From the NCBI RefSeq assembly GCF_036321535.1, contig NC_087447.1:38442001-38506000 (forward strand): a stretch of 64,000 nucleotides of DNA, in the 5' to 3' direction. The DNA comes from Camelus dromedarius (taxonomy: Eukaryota). A program made the position numbers and the translations under genes. The notes beneath the pieces are model-generated. The model was not told the DNA's origin. It ran no database searches and was given only the letters and a program-made list of their open reading frames with translations. Of the stretch, positions 24,724-36,155 are shown piece after piece (position 1 is the stretch's first letter; every line of letters begins with the position of its first letter).

Positions 24724-26424
24724 AGGGACTTCCAGTGCCATCCTTATAGAATTCCTGGCCCCATCCGACCATTCTTTCATGAAGGGAAATTAGTGGGAAA
24801 ACCTAAAATTTGCTCCCAATTTAGTCATGCTAGTAGAAGAAGAAATGATGTGAACATTTCCTAAGGGTTTTAAAGTATCTACATGCATTTACTTGTTTAC
24901 AGTCAGTTTATCTTTTATCACTAAGTTGCTTAAGTTACTATGGAGATTAACTCATATTTTCCTTTTTTCCTATTTTATATCATTGGGATCATGAGAAATG
25001 AATTCTGAAAAAAAATCTAAACTATTTACTATTTTTATTTTTGCCAATCCATGCCATTTTATATAAACTGACAGTATATTTAGTGCCTTTTAGAAAAGTT
25101 CCTTCCCTGTGCTTTTATCTTAAGCCATTCTTAGCTAATGTTTTTGAGTAATTTTATTCTGAAAATAAAAATTTGATTAAGGGGAATCTTTGGGCCAACT
25201 TGAAGTTTTAACTTTGAAGGCTAAATTTTACAGGAAAAGCTTTCTGCTACTTTTATTTTATTGACAGATTGAAATTAGCTAAATGAGCAAGTAAGCAAGT
25301 CATTGCTTAAAAGTCCATTTAAAATTTTGACTGGATTTATTTCCAGTTTGTGGAAATTGGCCTCTGATTTTTGGTAGAGAGCATGTGACTCTAGACAAGC
25401 ATGCAGTCATTCTAGGTATATTGCAGGTTTAGAAAATGGCTTTAAAAATCTGTTAGAACATGGGGAAAAAAAGGTCTTGCTCTCTCGTGGTTTTACAGCG
25501 TGCCAGAGGTTTAGTTGCTTGTATGTTTCACTCAGTTGCTTTCTGTTCAATGAATAGGATCACTACCATGCATCACAATTTTGCAGACTCACTGCAAAGG
25601 AAATAGCAAGAGGTAAAATAACCTCAAATGAATGTGGTTTTTTTGTGGGATGGGGTGGGTGGGCAATGCTACAACTAAATAAACAAATTGAATTATGCAG
25701 GAGGACCTTTATTTAACTCATCTTTATATTTTTCTCATATTGTGACTTCTTTGGGGATATCATTCCTTGGTTTTTAAATATTTTTGCAATGATTAGTTCA
25801 TTGTAAATATGTAACAATTATTAAGTTATTTAGTATTTTTGTAGTCTTATTTTGTTATCATTTCTCTAGTGAGCTCTTTTTCTCTTTTGGGTTGATAGCT
25901 GACATATATTGAGTGCCTTAAGGTAAAAAGAGATCACAGTCTCACAATGTGGGTTGAATGGAACTAACCCCCTATATCTTGTCACATTAGATTCTTTTAC
26001 ATCTGTTTTTGCTAGTTTATCCTGCAAGTTTCTGTTTTAGTCACGCAATTATTTTGCACTTGGAAAAAGAAAACTGATGCTTGCATCTCTCTACCTTAAG
26101 ACTTTTAGGATCGTGGCCTTTTATGTGTTAAGTGTTGGGTATGAGATATCTTGATAATACTTTAAACGGGAAAGAGAAATTCTTTATGTATAGTAAGCTT
26201 GCAGTTGTCTGTACTCTTAGAAGGCAGAAGGGAATCTGGATAGTTTATGTTTATTGCAATGCAAGTCATACATACCTGGGAAAAACTTTGCCTCTTTGCC
26301 AGCTTATTGCCAGTGTTAGGATTGACTGAGGTCTGTGGGGAGAAGGAAGGAGATCTGGGCATTTTACTCCATTAATGTAGAGAAAACAGTGGCAATACGT
26401 TTATTTTGTTTTCTGAAGGTAGTT

Positions 26425-26680
26425 CTCAGTGTAATGTAGTGGTTTGGGGCACAAAATCGAGCCAGACTGCTTGGAATCAATCTCCACTCTACCACTTACT
26501 GTCTTGTGGCTTTGAGCAAGTTACTTAACCTCTTGTGTCTCCCTTTTCTCATTTGTAAGATGGAGACAGTAATAAAAGCACCTGCCTACTTCATGGACTT
26601 CTTGTGAGGTTTCAATTAATATATGTAAGGCACTTAATGACTGGCACATAATTAACTCTATAGAGGTATTGCTAACAAGT
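26425..26680 (+). mobile_element. MIR SINE, near full length
   Basis: gagccagactgcttggaatcaatc..ccacttact..gcaagttacttaacctc..tgactggcacata. Confidence 0.9.
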
Positions 26681-28804
26681 CAATATGTGTGACTTAAGGT
26701 GAATAGATCTGCTTCTCTGAAGGAGAAGTGTGAAACTTAATTTTTCTAAGTCTGATTATAGTTACTTTTGAATAGCTTCAAAAGTGGGGACTGAAAGAAT
26801 CAATAAAATGTCTGTTTGGGTCATCTCTACTGTACAGGTCTGTCTTCCACTGGGAACATTTCTTTTGTCTGAGCTGCTCCACATCAGGACTGAGCTGGGT
26901 TCTCTGCTGGGGTAGCCACAGCAGGGAAGCTTGTCCTGGGAGACTGGGTGAAGCCCCTCCCCAGCCCCACCCCCAGCTGGGTATAGGAGTCTTGCTGTAA
27001 AAGAAGGGTTTTGCTTCTCTCATTAGGGCACCTAATTAAACAGGTGCCATCTCATTCCTGGGCACTCTAGTGTTAAAAGAAGTAAACATCCAAGTAGATT
27101 TTTTATTATGCTGGTGATTTCATTCATTCAGCAAATAATTTTTTTAGGGTTTATGTGCATGACCTTAAAAGAGTTTGCAAAAACAGGGTTTTCCTATTCT
27201 AGAGTAGAGCTTTAGTCTTAGCTGAAGGGAAAAACATCATGAAAATGTTTTATTCTTCCTGCTATCTATAAAAGTAACCCAATTCTCTTTTAGCAATGTA
27301 GTTTTACTATTGTCCCCTTTGTACACTTAAATGTTTTGCTATGATTTGTTTTGTTAGAGGAATATCATGAGGAAAAACTGTAAGTTCTCTCATTTTCTAA
27401 GTTTCTTGTTGATAAAAAAGCTTCGCTTCTTACATAAAGAAATTACCTATGAATTTTGTTTCCCATATAATTTAGTGAAATATCAATATGAATTTATTCA
27501 TAATTGGCTTCAATAATTTTATTAATAAAGATACTTTTCATCTTTACAGGTATATCTTGACTTTTGTAAATAAATCAGTTCCTGGCAAGATGGATAAATT
27601 TTGAATCTGTTTTTCCCATTGATTTAAAGGATTAAGAATCTGTGGAACTGCTCTTACATTCCCCTCCCCACCTCCAAAGATAGCAATGTCAAATGGTAGA
27701 ACATTCACATCTGTGTTCCCATGTAGTACCTTATGCTAAACCTACTCTAGGACTTTGAATGGATAACCATAGTTTGAGTGCTAAGACACATTAAAAAAAA
27801 AATTCTTTCAAAATCCTTATAATCAGGATGCATCTTCCAAATGACGGCTTCCTAGAGTCAATAAAAGATGGTATTTGTTTTCTTGTCTTCCCTCCTGCTT
27901 GAAAGTGAGTAGACTCCTTGAGGGCAAGAACTGATACTCATTTATTTTTATCTTCAATGTCTGATTTGCATTTAGCACTTCCCCCCTTTTGCTGAAGAAC
28001 AATGTAGTAATTTTTAAGATCATCTTAGTTAGTTAAAATGAGAGTTTCATCAAGACATTTTTTTGCAGGGAGAGGCATATAAAAGGGGGTCCTGGTAACT
28101 GCTAAGTAGTTAAATGCTACTTCTACTTCCCCTGCTTTGTACCCTCTTTTCTTCCTTGGTTGATTTTCTTGCTTGCTACTGGTGCATACCTCACAAAGCA
28201 TTACATACATTTTAGCTGAATCGGTTGCTTTTAGCAGATGCTAGTGAAGTGCAAGAGTAAGAATGTTAACATTCTTATTTATGATATGCTGTTATTTTTT
28301 GAGCATCCTTTGGATATTGCACAGTGCCATACTTACTTTCCATTATGTAAATGAAGAAATGGAAAGTAAATGTGTTTAGGGACATAGTGTTTAGTCTCTG
28401 GTAATGGAAGAAAGGGCCAGACTTCTTGCTCAGGACCTGCTTTAGAAGAATCCTCTTCTGAATTACTTTCCTTTTGTTATTTTTATTAGTTTAAAATTAT
28501 CTGATTTATAAGTAGTTCTGTGATTATGAGACTTTGGGTTTTCATACCCTTATCATAATAAACCAAACATTTGCTTAAGAAGGTGGGGTAGGTCTAGTCT
28601 CCCTTTATATTGCCCCAGTTATCTTAATTATTAGTCTTGTAAAATCTAGATGTAATTTTGATGCTAGAAGAAACTGTTTAGTGGATCTAGTTGTTCTCCT
28701 TAAGTGAAGCTTTTCCATGTAGGTGATTAGAAAACTATGATTTCGGACCTTAATTAGTATTTTTCTGAAAGTGACTTGCCATGCAAATTTTTAAAGTAGG
28801 CTTT

Positions 28805-29410
28805 AGTTTTTTTTTTTCAGAAGAGTTTCAGATTTACAGGAAAATTGAAAAGATAAAACAAAGTTTTCAATACTGGCAGCACCCAGTTCCCCAGTTTTTA
28901 ACATCTTATATTGTATGGTACATTTGTTGTAGTTATTGAACTAATATTGATACATTATTAACTAAAGTCCATACTTCATCCAGGTTTTCATAGTTTTTAC
29001 CTAATATCCATTTTCTCTTCTGGGATCCCACTAGGGCACCGCATTGCATTTGGTTGTCATGTCTCCTTAAGCTCCTCTTAGCTGACTTATTTTTAGTGAC
29101 CCTGACCACTTTGAGGAATACTTGTCAGGTATTTTGTTGAATGCCCCTCTGTTGGAATTTGATGTTTTCCTCATAACTAGAGTGGGGTTATGGGGTTTTG
29201 GGAGGAAGACTACAGAGGTAAAGTACCATTTTCATCACATCATAGCAAGGCTACATACTATTAGCACGATTTATGACTGTTACTGCTGACCATCTGGCTA
29301 AGGTAGTGTTTGTTTGGTTTCTCTACTGTAAAGTTACTCCTCTCTCACTTTTTTCTCCATATTCTTTGGAAGGAAGTCATTATATGCAACCCATACTTAG
29401 GGTGTGGGGA
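28805..29410 (-). mobile_element. L1MC/L1MD-type 3' end
   Basis: ttcagatttacaggaaaattg..atattgatacattattaactaaagtccatac..ttttgggaggaagactacagaggtaaag. Confidence 0.8.
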
Positions 29411-30585
29411 TGCTGTGTAATTTTGAATAAACATATTTAAATGGCAGAACAGTTTAAAAATGTACCTGGGGTTAGTGAAATTTTTGTTTTTTAACAAAAA
29501 CATCACTGTTTAAATGAAACATTAAGGAATGTGCCTGCATTCGCAGGTTTGGTTTGGCAAAAGCTAAACTTTTTTTCATTCTCAGTGTTTCAGCCTTTGC
29601 TAATGCATGGCAGCTGTTAGATGTTCCTCTTTACCTGCTTTTTGCGCCGTTTGATGCTTATTTTTGAGAAAACAAAATGTAAGGGAAATGGGAGATCATT
29701 AGTCAAAAACTCTTGAATAAAATTTGTTAATATTTCATCTTCATCTGTTGCTTTTCTGTACATAAAAATATTATTTCTAAAATTGAGGGCTTAGTTGACA
29801 TGTAAATTATGATTAGAGACCAGAACAGTTCAGGACCCAAAATGATCAAGGGAAAGCACCTTGTCGGAAACCCCCATGACAATAAAGCTCTCCTTGTAGT
29901 TCCCATTTGTGTGTTTCAATTATAAGGCTTATGTTAAAATTAGATCAGAATTTCCATTATAGACTCTCAATTTCATAGTTGTGTAACTGCCATACAAACT
30001 TGGTTGTAAACAAAGGCCTTTAATGATGGGCTTACTGGAGCAATTTAAGAAAGAGTTACTCAGTCTGGAGGGTAGACTACATATGTCTGGTTTTACACTT
30101 CAAGTTGAGAAATTGTGAAGAGGGCTTTGATTCTAAACGTGAGCTTAAATTTTTTGCATGATTTTTTTTCCAGATTTTCTACAATGAGGATGTATTATAG
30201 TAAGGAAGAAAACTAAATTGAAAATGATAAAATTAACTTGTTAAAATCTTGAGACTTATTATATTTTAAAAGAAAGTATTATTTTGAGTACCTTCCTCAA
30301 ACTACTGGAAACTTGGAACCATTTATCTCAGTTTACCTTCTTGCTTTTTGTGGTTTTGTTGACTAACTGAATCTCTCTAGAGAATGAAAATAGCTATTTC
30401 ATGTGTCTATGTGTATATCTTTGCAATAAATTGTAGTGCCATTACTGTGAAGACAGCTCAGTATTTGAGTTCCAATAGCTTGTCAGTAGTAAAAAATTCT
30501 GTTTTGTCATTCACTCCTCTTGGGCTTATAAGCTACGTACAGGAAATAATTAGGAAGAATGTGGAGGTCAGATTTTGTAGGTGAG

Positions 30586-31065
30586 TATATTCCTTTCCTG
30601 GGTCTTCTATAGCAAATTACCACAAATTTGGTAATTTTAAACAACAAATTTATTCTCTCATGGTTCTTGAGGACAAAATCCCCAAATCAGATTGTCCAGC
30701 AGGGTTGGTTCCCTCTGGAGGCTCTGAAGAAGAGTCTGTCCCATGTCTTTCTCCCAGCTTCCGGTGATTGATGGCAGCCCTTGGCTTGTAGATGCATCTC
30801 CAGTCTCTGTCTCTGCCTTCAAGGGGTCTTCCCCTCTGGATATTCTCTGTGTTTGTCTCAAATCTTCCACTCTTTTCTCTTACAAAGACTGTCACTGGAT
30901 TTAAGTCTGGGATCATCTCATCTGGAGATCCTTAATTTAATTGCATCTGCAGAGACTCTGTTTCCATATAAGGTCACAGTCACAGGTAATGGGTTAAAAG
31001 TTAAACATACCTGTTTGGATGCCTCAGTTCAGCCTGCTACAGAGACCACAGTTCAGGCCGCTACA
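30586..31065 (-). mobile_element. MaLR solo LTR (MLT1B-like) with a duplicated terminus
   Basis: aaattaccacaaatttgg..aaacaacaaatttattctctca..gcagggttggttccctctggaggctctg..catctgcagagac..aaggtcaca; flanks gtgag / gagag. Confidence 0.9.
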
Positions 31066-31882
31066 GAGAGTAAACCCCTCCCTGAATTTGCTAATAAGCA
31101 ATGTAAGGCACTGTAAATTTGCTAATAAGCACTGTTCTTTTACTAAATGGAGTAATAGTTACAGAATCTGAGTTATATAAATGTGATTCAGAATTTAGTT
31201 GCATGTTTACTTTCTCTTCATGTGGTTTGCAATTGATGTGGCATTCTTTTACTGTGAAATTAGGCTGTACACATTCAGACACGTTATAATTTGTTTCTTT
31301 AAATGGTGTGAGCAAAGTCTTAAATTCTGTGAACATAGGCCATTTAGCTCTTGACTTTTTAAACCTACGTGGTTGGGTATTTTGTAAGATGAATGTTTAT
31401 ATGGTTCTTCTTGATATGAATCATATCTGGCTCCCCTCAAAAGAGTTTAAATTTATCTAGTGATCTAGTCTTATTTAAATTTGTATGCCACAAGGAGGGA
31501 CTTTACAGCAACTACCGAGAAATGCTGGGTGTTTACATGAGGTTAGATAGTCAGAAATAAGCAGGGTGGTCCTTGGTGTGAATGAATAGATAGGGCCACT
31601 TTCTGAGAAGTGCTGGCCCAGCCTTCTGGCCTGTGGTTTGGAGAGACACTCTGGTGAGAGCATTCTCTGCTTCTCTCCTGTTTTGAGATGAAGGTCGTGA
31701 AGAATTTAGAACTTAATTATTGAGATAAAACAACAGTAATACAGGCTCATTAAAGTAATTCTTTAAAGTTTATTTGGGCTGTAGACCCACAGCTATAATA
31801 TTTGACAGTATAATGTCTTTAAAAAGTACCCCTCCAATCTTCTCTATCCAGAAGAGTCTGTTTATGTTTTTGTTGTTGTTTT

Positions 31883-31888
31883 TGTGTG

Positions 31889-31921
<33 letters not shown>
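31883..31921. repeat. Interrupted (TG)n microsatellite
   Basis: Direct reading. Confidence 0.95.
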
Positions 31922-31939
31922 AAATTATTTCAAATATTG

Positions 31940-32085
31940 TTACATTCGATCTGCTTGCTTATATATTGTCTCCTCCACTAAACTGTAAGTTCCACAAGTG
32001 CCCGAACCATGTCAGCTTTATTCTCATTCAGGACTGTGTCCCAGCTCCTAAGTGGTAAAGTATTTGTTGAATAAATGAATTGGAT
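31940..32085 (+). mobile_element. L2 3' end
   Basis: tgtctcctccactaaactgtaagttccac..tatttgttgaataaatgaat. Confidence 0.75.
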
Positions 32086-32509
32086 GTTTCACGGACACTC
32101 TTGAAATCCATACATAGAGACTTATCTCATTCCTTTTAATGGCCTTTACTATTCTGTAATGTATATACCGTAATTCATTTAACAATTTCCTGTTAAAGAC
32201 ATTTAGGTTATTAACAGTTTTTCTCAGTAACAGACATAGCTGCCCAAACATCTTGTTTGTGTGTATGCTTATGTGTGTATGTATTGGTAGCTTACAATGC
32301 TGAGAGAGCCTTCATTTATAGCTATGTTCCTATAAAACAATTAAGCACATTTTAAAATGTATTACTGAAGTAATTTTCAGTGTAATTGACTCTCTGAGGG
32401 ACAGACCTTGGCTAAATCCCCTTGAAAGGAACTATCAAAACCCTTCTGTCCACTACATAGTGCTGTAGCTGGGGAAGGAAAGCAACAGCCAATACAGGAT
32501 AAGATTAGA

Positions 32510-33010
32510 GCTTCAAACTCTCCAGTGGTTTCATTTCATTTAGAATGCCAAGGCTTGCAAGGCTCTGCTTACCTCGTGTGAACTTTCTGAACTGGTTTTG
32601 TTTGTTGTAGCCATGCTGTCCTGCTTGCTGTTCCTCCAGTATGCTGTGCATACTCTCACCTCACTGCCTTTCACTTCATGTTCTCTCTGCCTGGAATGAT
32701 CTGCCCTTGGCTAGCAGCATGACTCACTCCCTGAGTTGATCTAGGATTCTTTCCTCACATGTCACATTGTCAGTGATGCCTTCTCTGGCCACCTTTTGTA
32801 ATATCACATCCTCCCTTCTAGCTCCTGCTACTTTCAGACCTCCCTTCCCCATTTTTCTTCAGAATTCTAATCACCTCTGATGTATAATATTGTTTTCTTG
32901 TTGATGTTCAACCACCAAAAACTGCAGCCCCATGAAAGCTGGGATTCCGTCTTCATTCAGCTTCTGACACATCGTTGGTATTCCATTAGCATCTGTAGAT
33001 TGAGTTAGGT
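32510..33010 (+). mobile_element. L2 3' region
   Basis: aaactctccagtggttt..ctctgcctggaatg..tgtcacattgtcagtgatgccttctctg..cagccccatgaaagc. Confidence 0.75.
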
Positions 33011-33319
33011 TAGTGAGTGAACCTAAGGGAGACTGACATGGAAGTTTTAAAAGTTGAGTGGGCTGGGAAAGTCACCACCCCACTTTACCTCTGGTTTTGC
33101 TTCTATAGGCCCCTTCTCTGCTCTTGAAGAGATGAGAAATGAAAATGGGGTTTAGGATATTCATAGGTAGCAGGAGATAGAGGGGAAAGGAAATGAAAAA
33201 AGAAGTAACAACCTAGGCTCTGGAGCAAAAATTACAGCCAGTAGTGAGTTGGTCAACTCCCTGTTTAAGGGGCAGCCTTTTGATTCATTTCTAAGTTTGG
33301 AGAGGAAGAGAACCAATTT

Positions 33320-33990
33320 TCGAATGCCCATTTTGAGCTAAGCAGTGTGCTGGGTACTTTACCATGTCATTTACCCTTCACAATAGCCCTTTCAAGTAAG
33401 AATCATTATGGCCATCTTACCGGTCAGGACATTGAGATTTAAGAGATTAAATAACCTTCAGATCACACAGCGGTTAAGTGGGATATCCAGATCTGACTGA
33501 CTCCAAAATACATACTGTTTCTCTACCTGAAGGAGAAGTCTTTGTGTAATAATAATTTACATTTTACACGGTGGTGTAAAAATTTCAGAAGATTTTTACA
33601 TCTTATTTGACTCCTTATAACAAACTTGTGAAAGTTGCTATCACCTGTTTTATAGGTAATAGAACTTGGTGTCAGTGATGTGATTTCCTACAAATCCTAC
33701 AGCCAGAAAGTACCAGGAGCTAGGGCGTTAAGCAAGCCATTCTGACTTAAGATCTGATATTCTTTTATTACGCCTCAAACTTAAAACAAAGACATTCTCA
33801 ATAGCACCTACAAATTAGGTTTGACACTCTGTAGTAGCTAAATATGTCATAATAAAATTAGAGAGCTGGAAAGAGTCTTAAGAGATCATGAAGAGGAAAT
33901 TCCTGAACAACTAAAAGCCAAGAAAGAGGTTGACTCATCCAGGAACACTCATCTAGTTGTTGAGCTGGGACTAGAATCTAGGTTTTCTCA
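33320..33990 (-). mobile_element. Cluster of three MIR fragments
   Basis: Three successive antisense MIR cores (~33320-33530, ~33550-33770, ~33860-33990). Confidence 0.7.
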
Positions 33991-34079
33991 TACTTCTATG
34001 CTCTGCTTTTATTAATAAAGAGTTTATATTTAATCTGTCTAGGTCTTCCCCCTTGGTTCCCTCTTATATTCACATGTTT

Positions 34080-34500
34080 CAGATTTCAAAACCTGCAAAA
34101 AATTTTTCACTCCCACTCATATCTCCCAGCAACCTAGATCTTCCCACAGGTAATTGAAGTTAATCAGTTTCATGTGTATCTTTCCAGAAATGTTTTATGG
34201 ACATAAAGCAAATACATAAACTCTGTGTATTTATTTAATGATGTATCGTGTAGATCACTCCATATTAGTATGTGAAGTCATTCTTTTTTTTTAATGGCTG
34301 CATTCATTTTGAATGAATGTTCCATAATTTAACCAGTCATTTACTGAAGGACTTTTTAAGTTCTTCCCAGTTTTTTAAATTAAAAACAATTCAGTAATGA
34401 ATAGCATGTCATTCTTTTATGCACAGAGGTATTGGTAGGATAAATTTGCAGAAGTAAAATTGCTAGACCAAAGAATGTTTTTGTATTTTTTTTTCTATAT
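34080..34500 (-). mobile_element. L1ME-type 3' fragment
   Basis: tgtgtatctttccagaa..ttttttaatggctgca..ccataatttaaccagtc..aaattgctag. Confidence 0.7.
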
Positions 34501-34679
34501 TGCTGTGTTTAGATCCTTATTCTTAATGTAGAAATGGAGTGTTTTGAATAAAACTGCTTTTAACTGTCTTCTTTTTGGCACTTTATAATTTAAAAAATAA
34601 CTTGAGTAACAGGATTCCTTTTTTAAACTGGTGCATGCTGTATGTGTTGATGTTAATATGGAAGGTTAAAGAAAGTGTA

Positions 34680-34840
34680 ATGGAAGTAGTATTGCTTTGG
34701 AATGAGACCTGGATTTGAATCTCAGTTCCACCAGCCTACTAACTTTGTGACCTTTGGCAAATCACTTAACCACTGAGCCTCAATGATCTCATCTGTAAAA
34801 TGGGAATAAATAACACCAGCCTTACAGAGTTGTTGTTTAG
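34680..34840 (+). mobile_element. MIR (host of the MER104-like insertion)
   Basis: agacctggatttgaatctcagttcc..tgtgacctttggcaaatcacttaacc..catctgtaaaatggg. Confidence 0.85.
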
Positions 34841-34845
34841 AACTG

Positions 34846-35022
34846 CTGTATTTCATTGATTCTAACTCATACATTTTTTACCCTGTACATTTTAGTATCT
34901 GACATTGAGGTGCCTTATAATCAGAGACATGCCATAGTTGTTTTGGCATTTTTTTTCATCCTTGTCATATAAAATAATGATGATCTTAGAACTGATGGCA
35001 TCTTAGATTTGATGAAATAAGG
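34846..35022. mobile_element. MER104-like TcMar-Tc2 MITE
   Basis: Inverted termini ctgtatttcattgattctaa / ttagatttgatgaaataagg, 177 bp. Confidence 0.75.
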
Positions 35023-35284
35023 TGATTCCAGATACTGGCACATGTGCTAGAGCATGGTGTAGGCAGTGGAATTTCAGTATGATGGGGAAAGTTCAGGGTT
35101 GAGGTGGGTGTCGATGAGTATTAGGGGAGTGGATATAGCAATGGAAATTCTGTGGGCTCATGTTACCCACAAATGTGGGTATATGGAAGTTGGAATTATG
35201 GCAAATTGTTGATGAGTAACAGGACTTTGGAGGTTTAGGAACTGTGTATTAATACTTGACAGGAAGACTTTATAAAATAATAAG

Positions 35285-36155
35285 ACCACTGGAGAAAATA
35301 TTTGCCAATTGTATATCTGACAAGAGATTTATATTCAGAATACATAAAGAACTCTTACACTCGATAATAAGAAGATAATTCAGTATAAAAAAGTGGGCAA
35401 AGATTTCAATCTACATTTCTCCAAAGAAGACATACAAATGGCCAATAAGCATGTAAATAGATGTTCAACATCCCATTAGGGAAATGACAGTCAAAAGTGG
35501 GAAGAGATCACTACACTGACTAGGATGGCTAGAATCAAAAAGATAGATGTTCAGTAACAAATGTTGGTGAGTATTTTGAGAAGTGAGAGCCCTCGAGCAC
35601 TGCTGATGGGAATGTAAAATGGAACAGCTACTTTTGAAAAGAGCTTGGCAGTTCCTCAGAAAGTTAAAAATGGAATTACCATATGATCCTACCATTCCAC
35701 TACTAGTTATATGCCCAAGAAAAACATATGTTCACACAAAAGATTGTATGTGAGTGGTCACGGCAGCATTATTTGTAATAGACAAAATGTGACTACAACC
35801 CAAAGGCCATCACCTAATGAATGAATAAATAACGGTATATCCGTACAATGGCGTATCATAAAGGAATGAGAAATGAGGTGCTGATACATGCTATCGCATG
35901 GGTGGACATTGGAAACATGCTAAGTGGAAGAAACTAGACACAAAAGACTACGTATTGTATGATTCCATTTATAGGAAATGTCCCAGACAGGCAAAATGAG
36001 AAAATAGATTAGTGGTTTAGTGGTCCTAGGGATAGGAGGGTGTGCTAATGGGTATGGGATTCCTTTTTGGGGTGGTGAAAATGTTCTGGAATTAGATACT
36101 GATGATGGTTGCATAACATTGTGAATTACTAAAAACTGTTGAATAGTATAAATGG
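35285..36155 (+). mobile_element. L1MB-type 3' end (sense to RRAS2)
   Basis: gagaaaatatttgcc..tctccaaagaagacatacaaatggccaataagca..ggggtggtgaaaatgttctggaattagata. Confidence 0.9.

Noticed and set aside
30650..31116. Overlapping ORFs on both strands
   Set aside because: They lie within the MLT1 LTR, where higher GC lowers stop-codon frequency
33562..33581. 8-bp inverted repeat TTTTACAC/GTGTAAAA
   Set aside because: AT-rich, lies in a decayed MIR and is compatible with chance
35465..36114. ORFs MVGSYGNSIFNFLRNCQ.. and MQPSSVSNSRTFSPPQKG..
   Set aside because: Antisense translations of the L1MB 3' end, a common source of false genes
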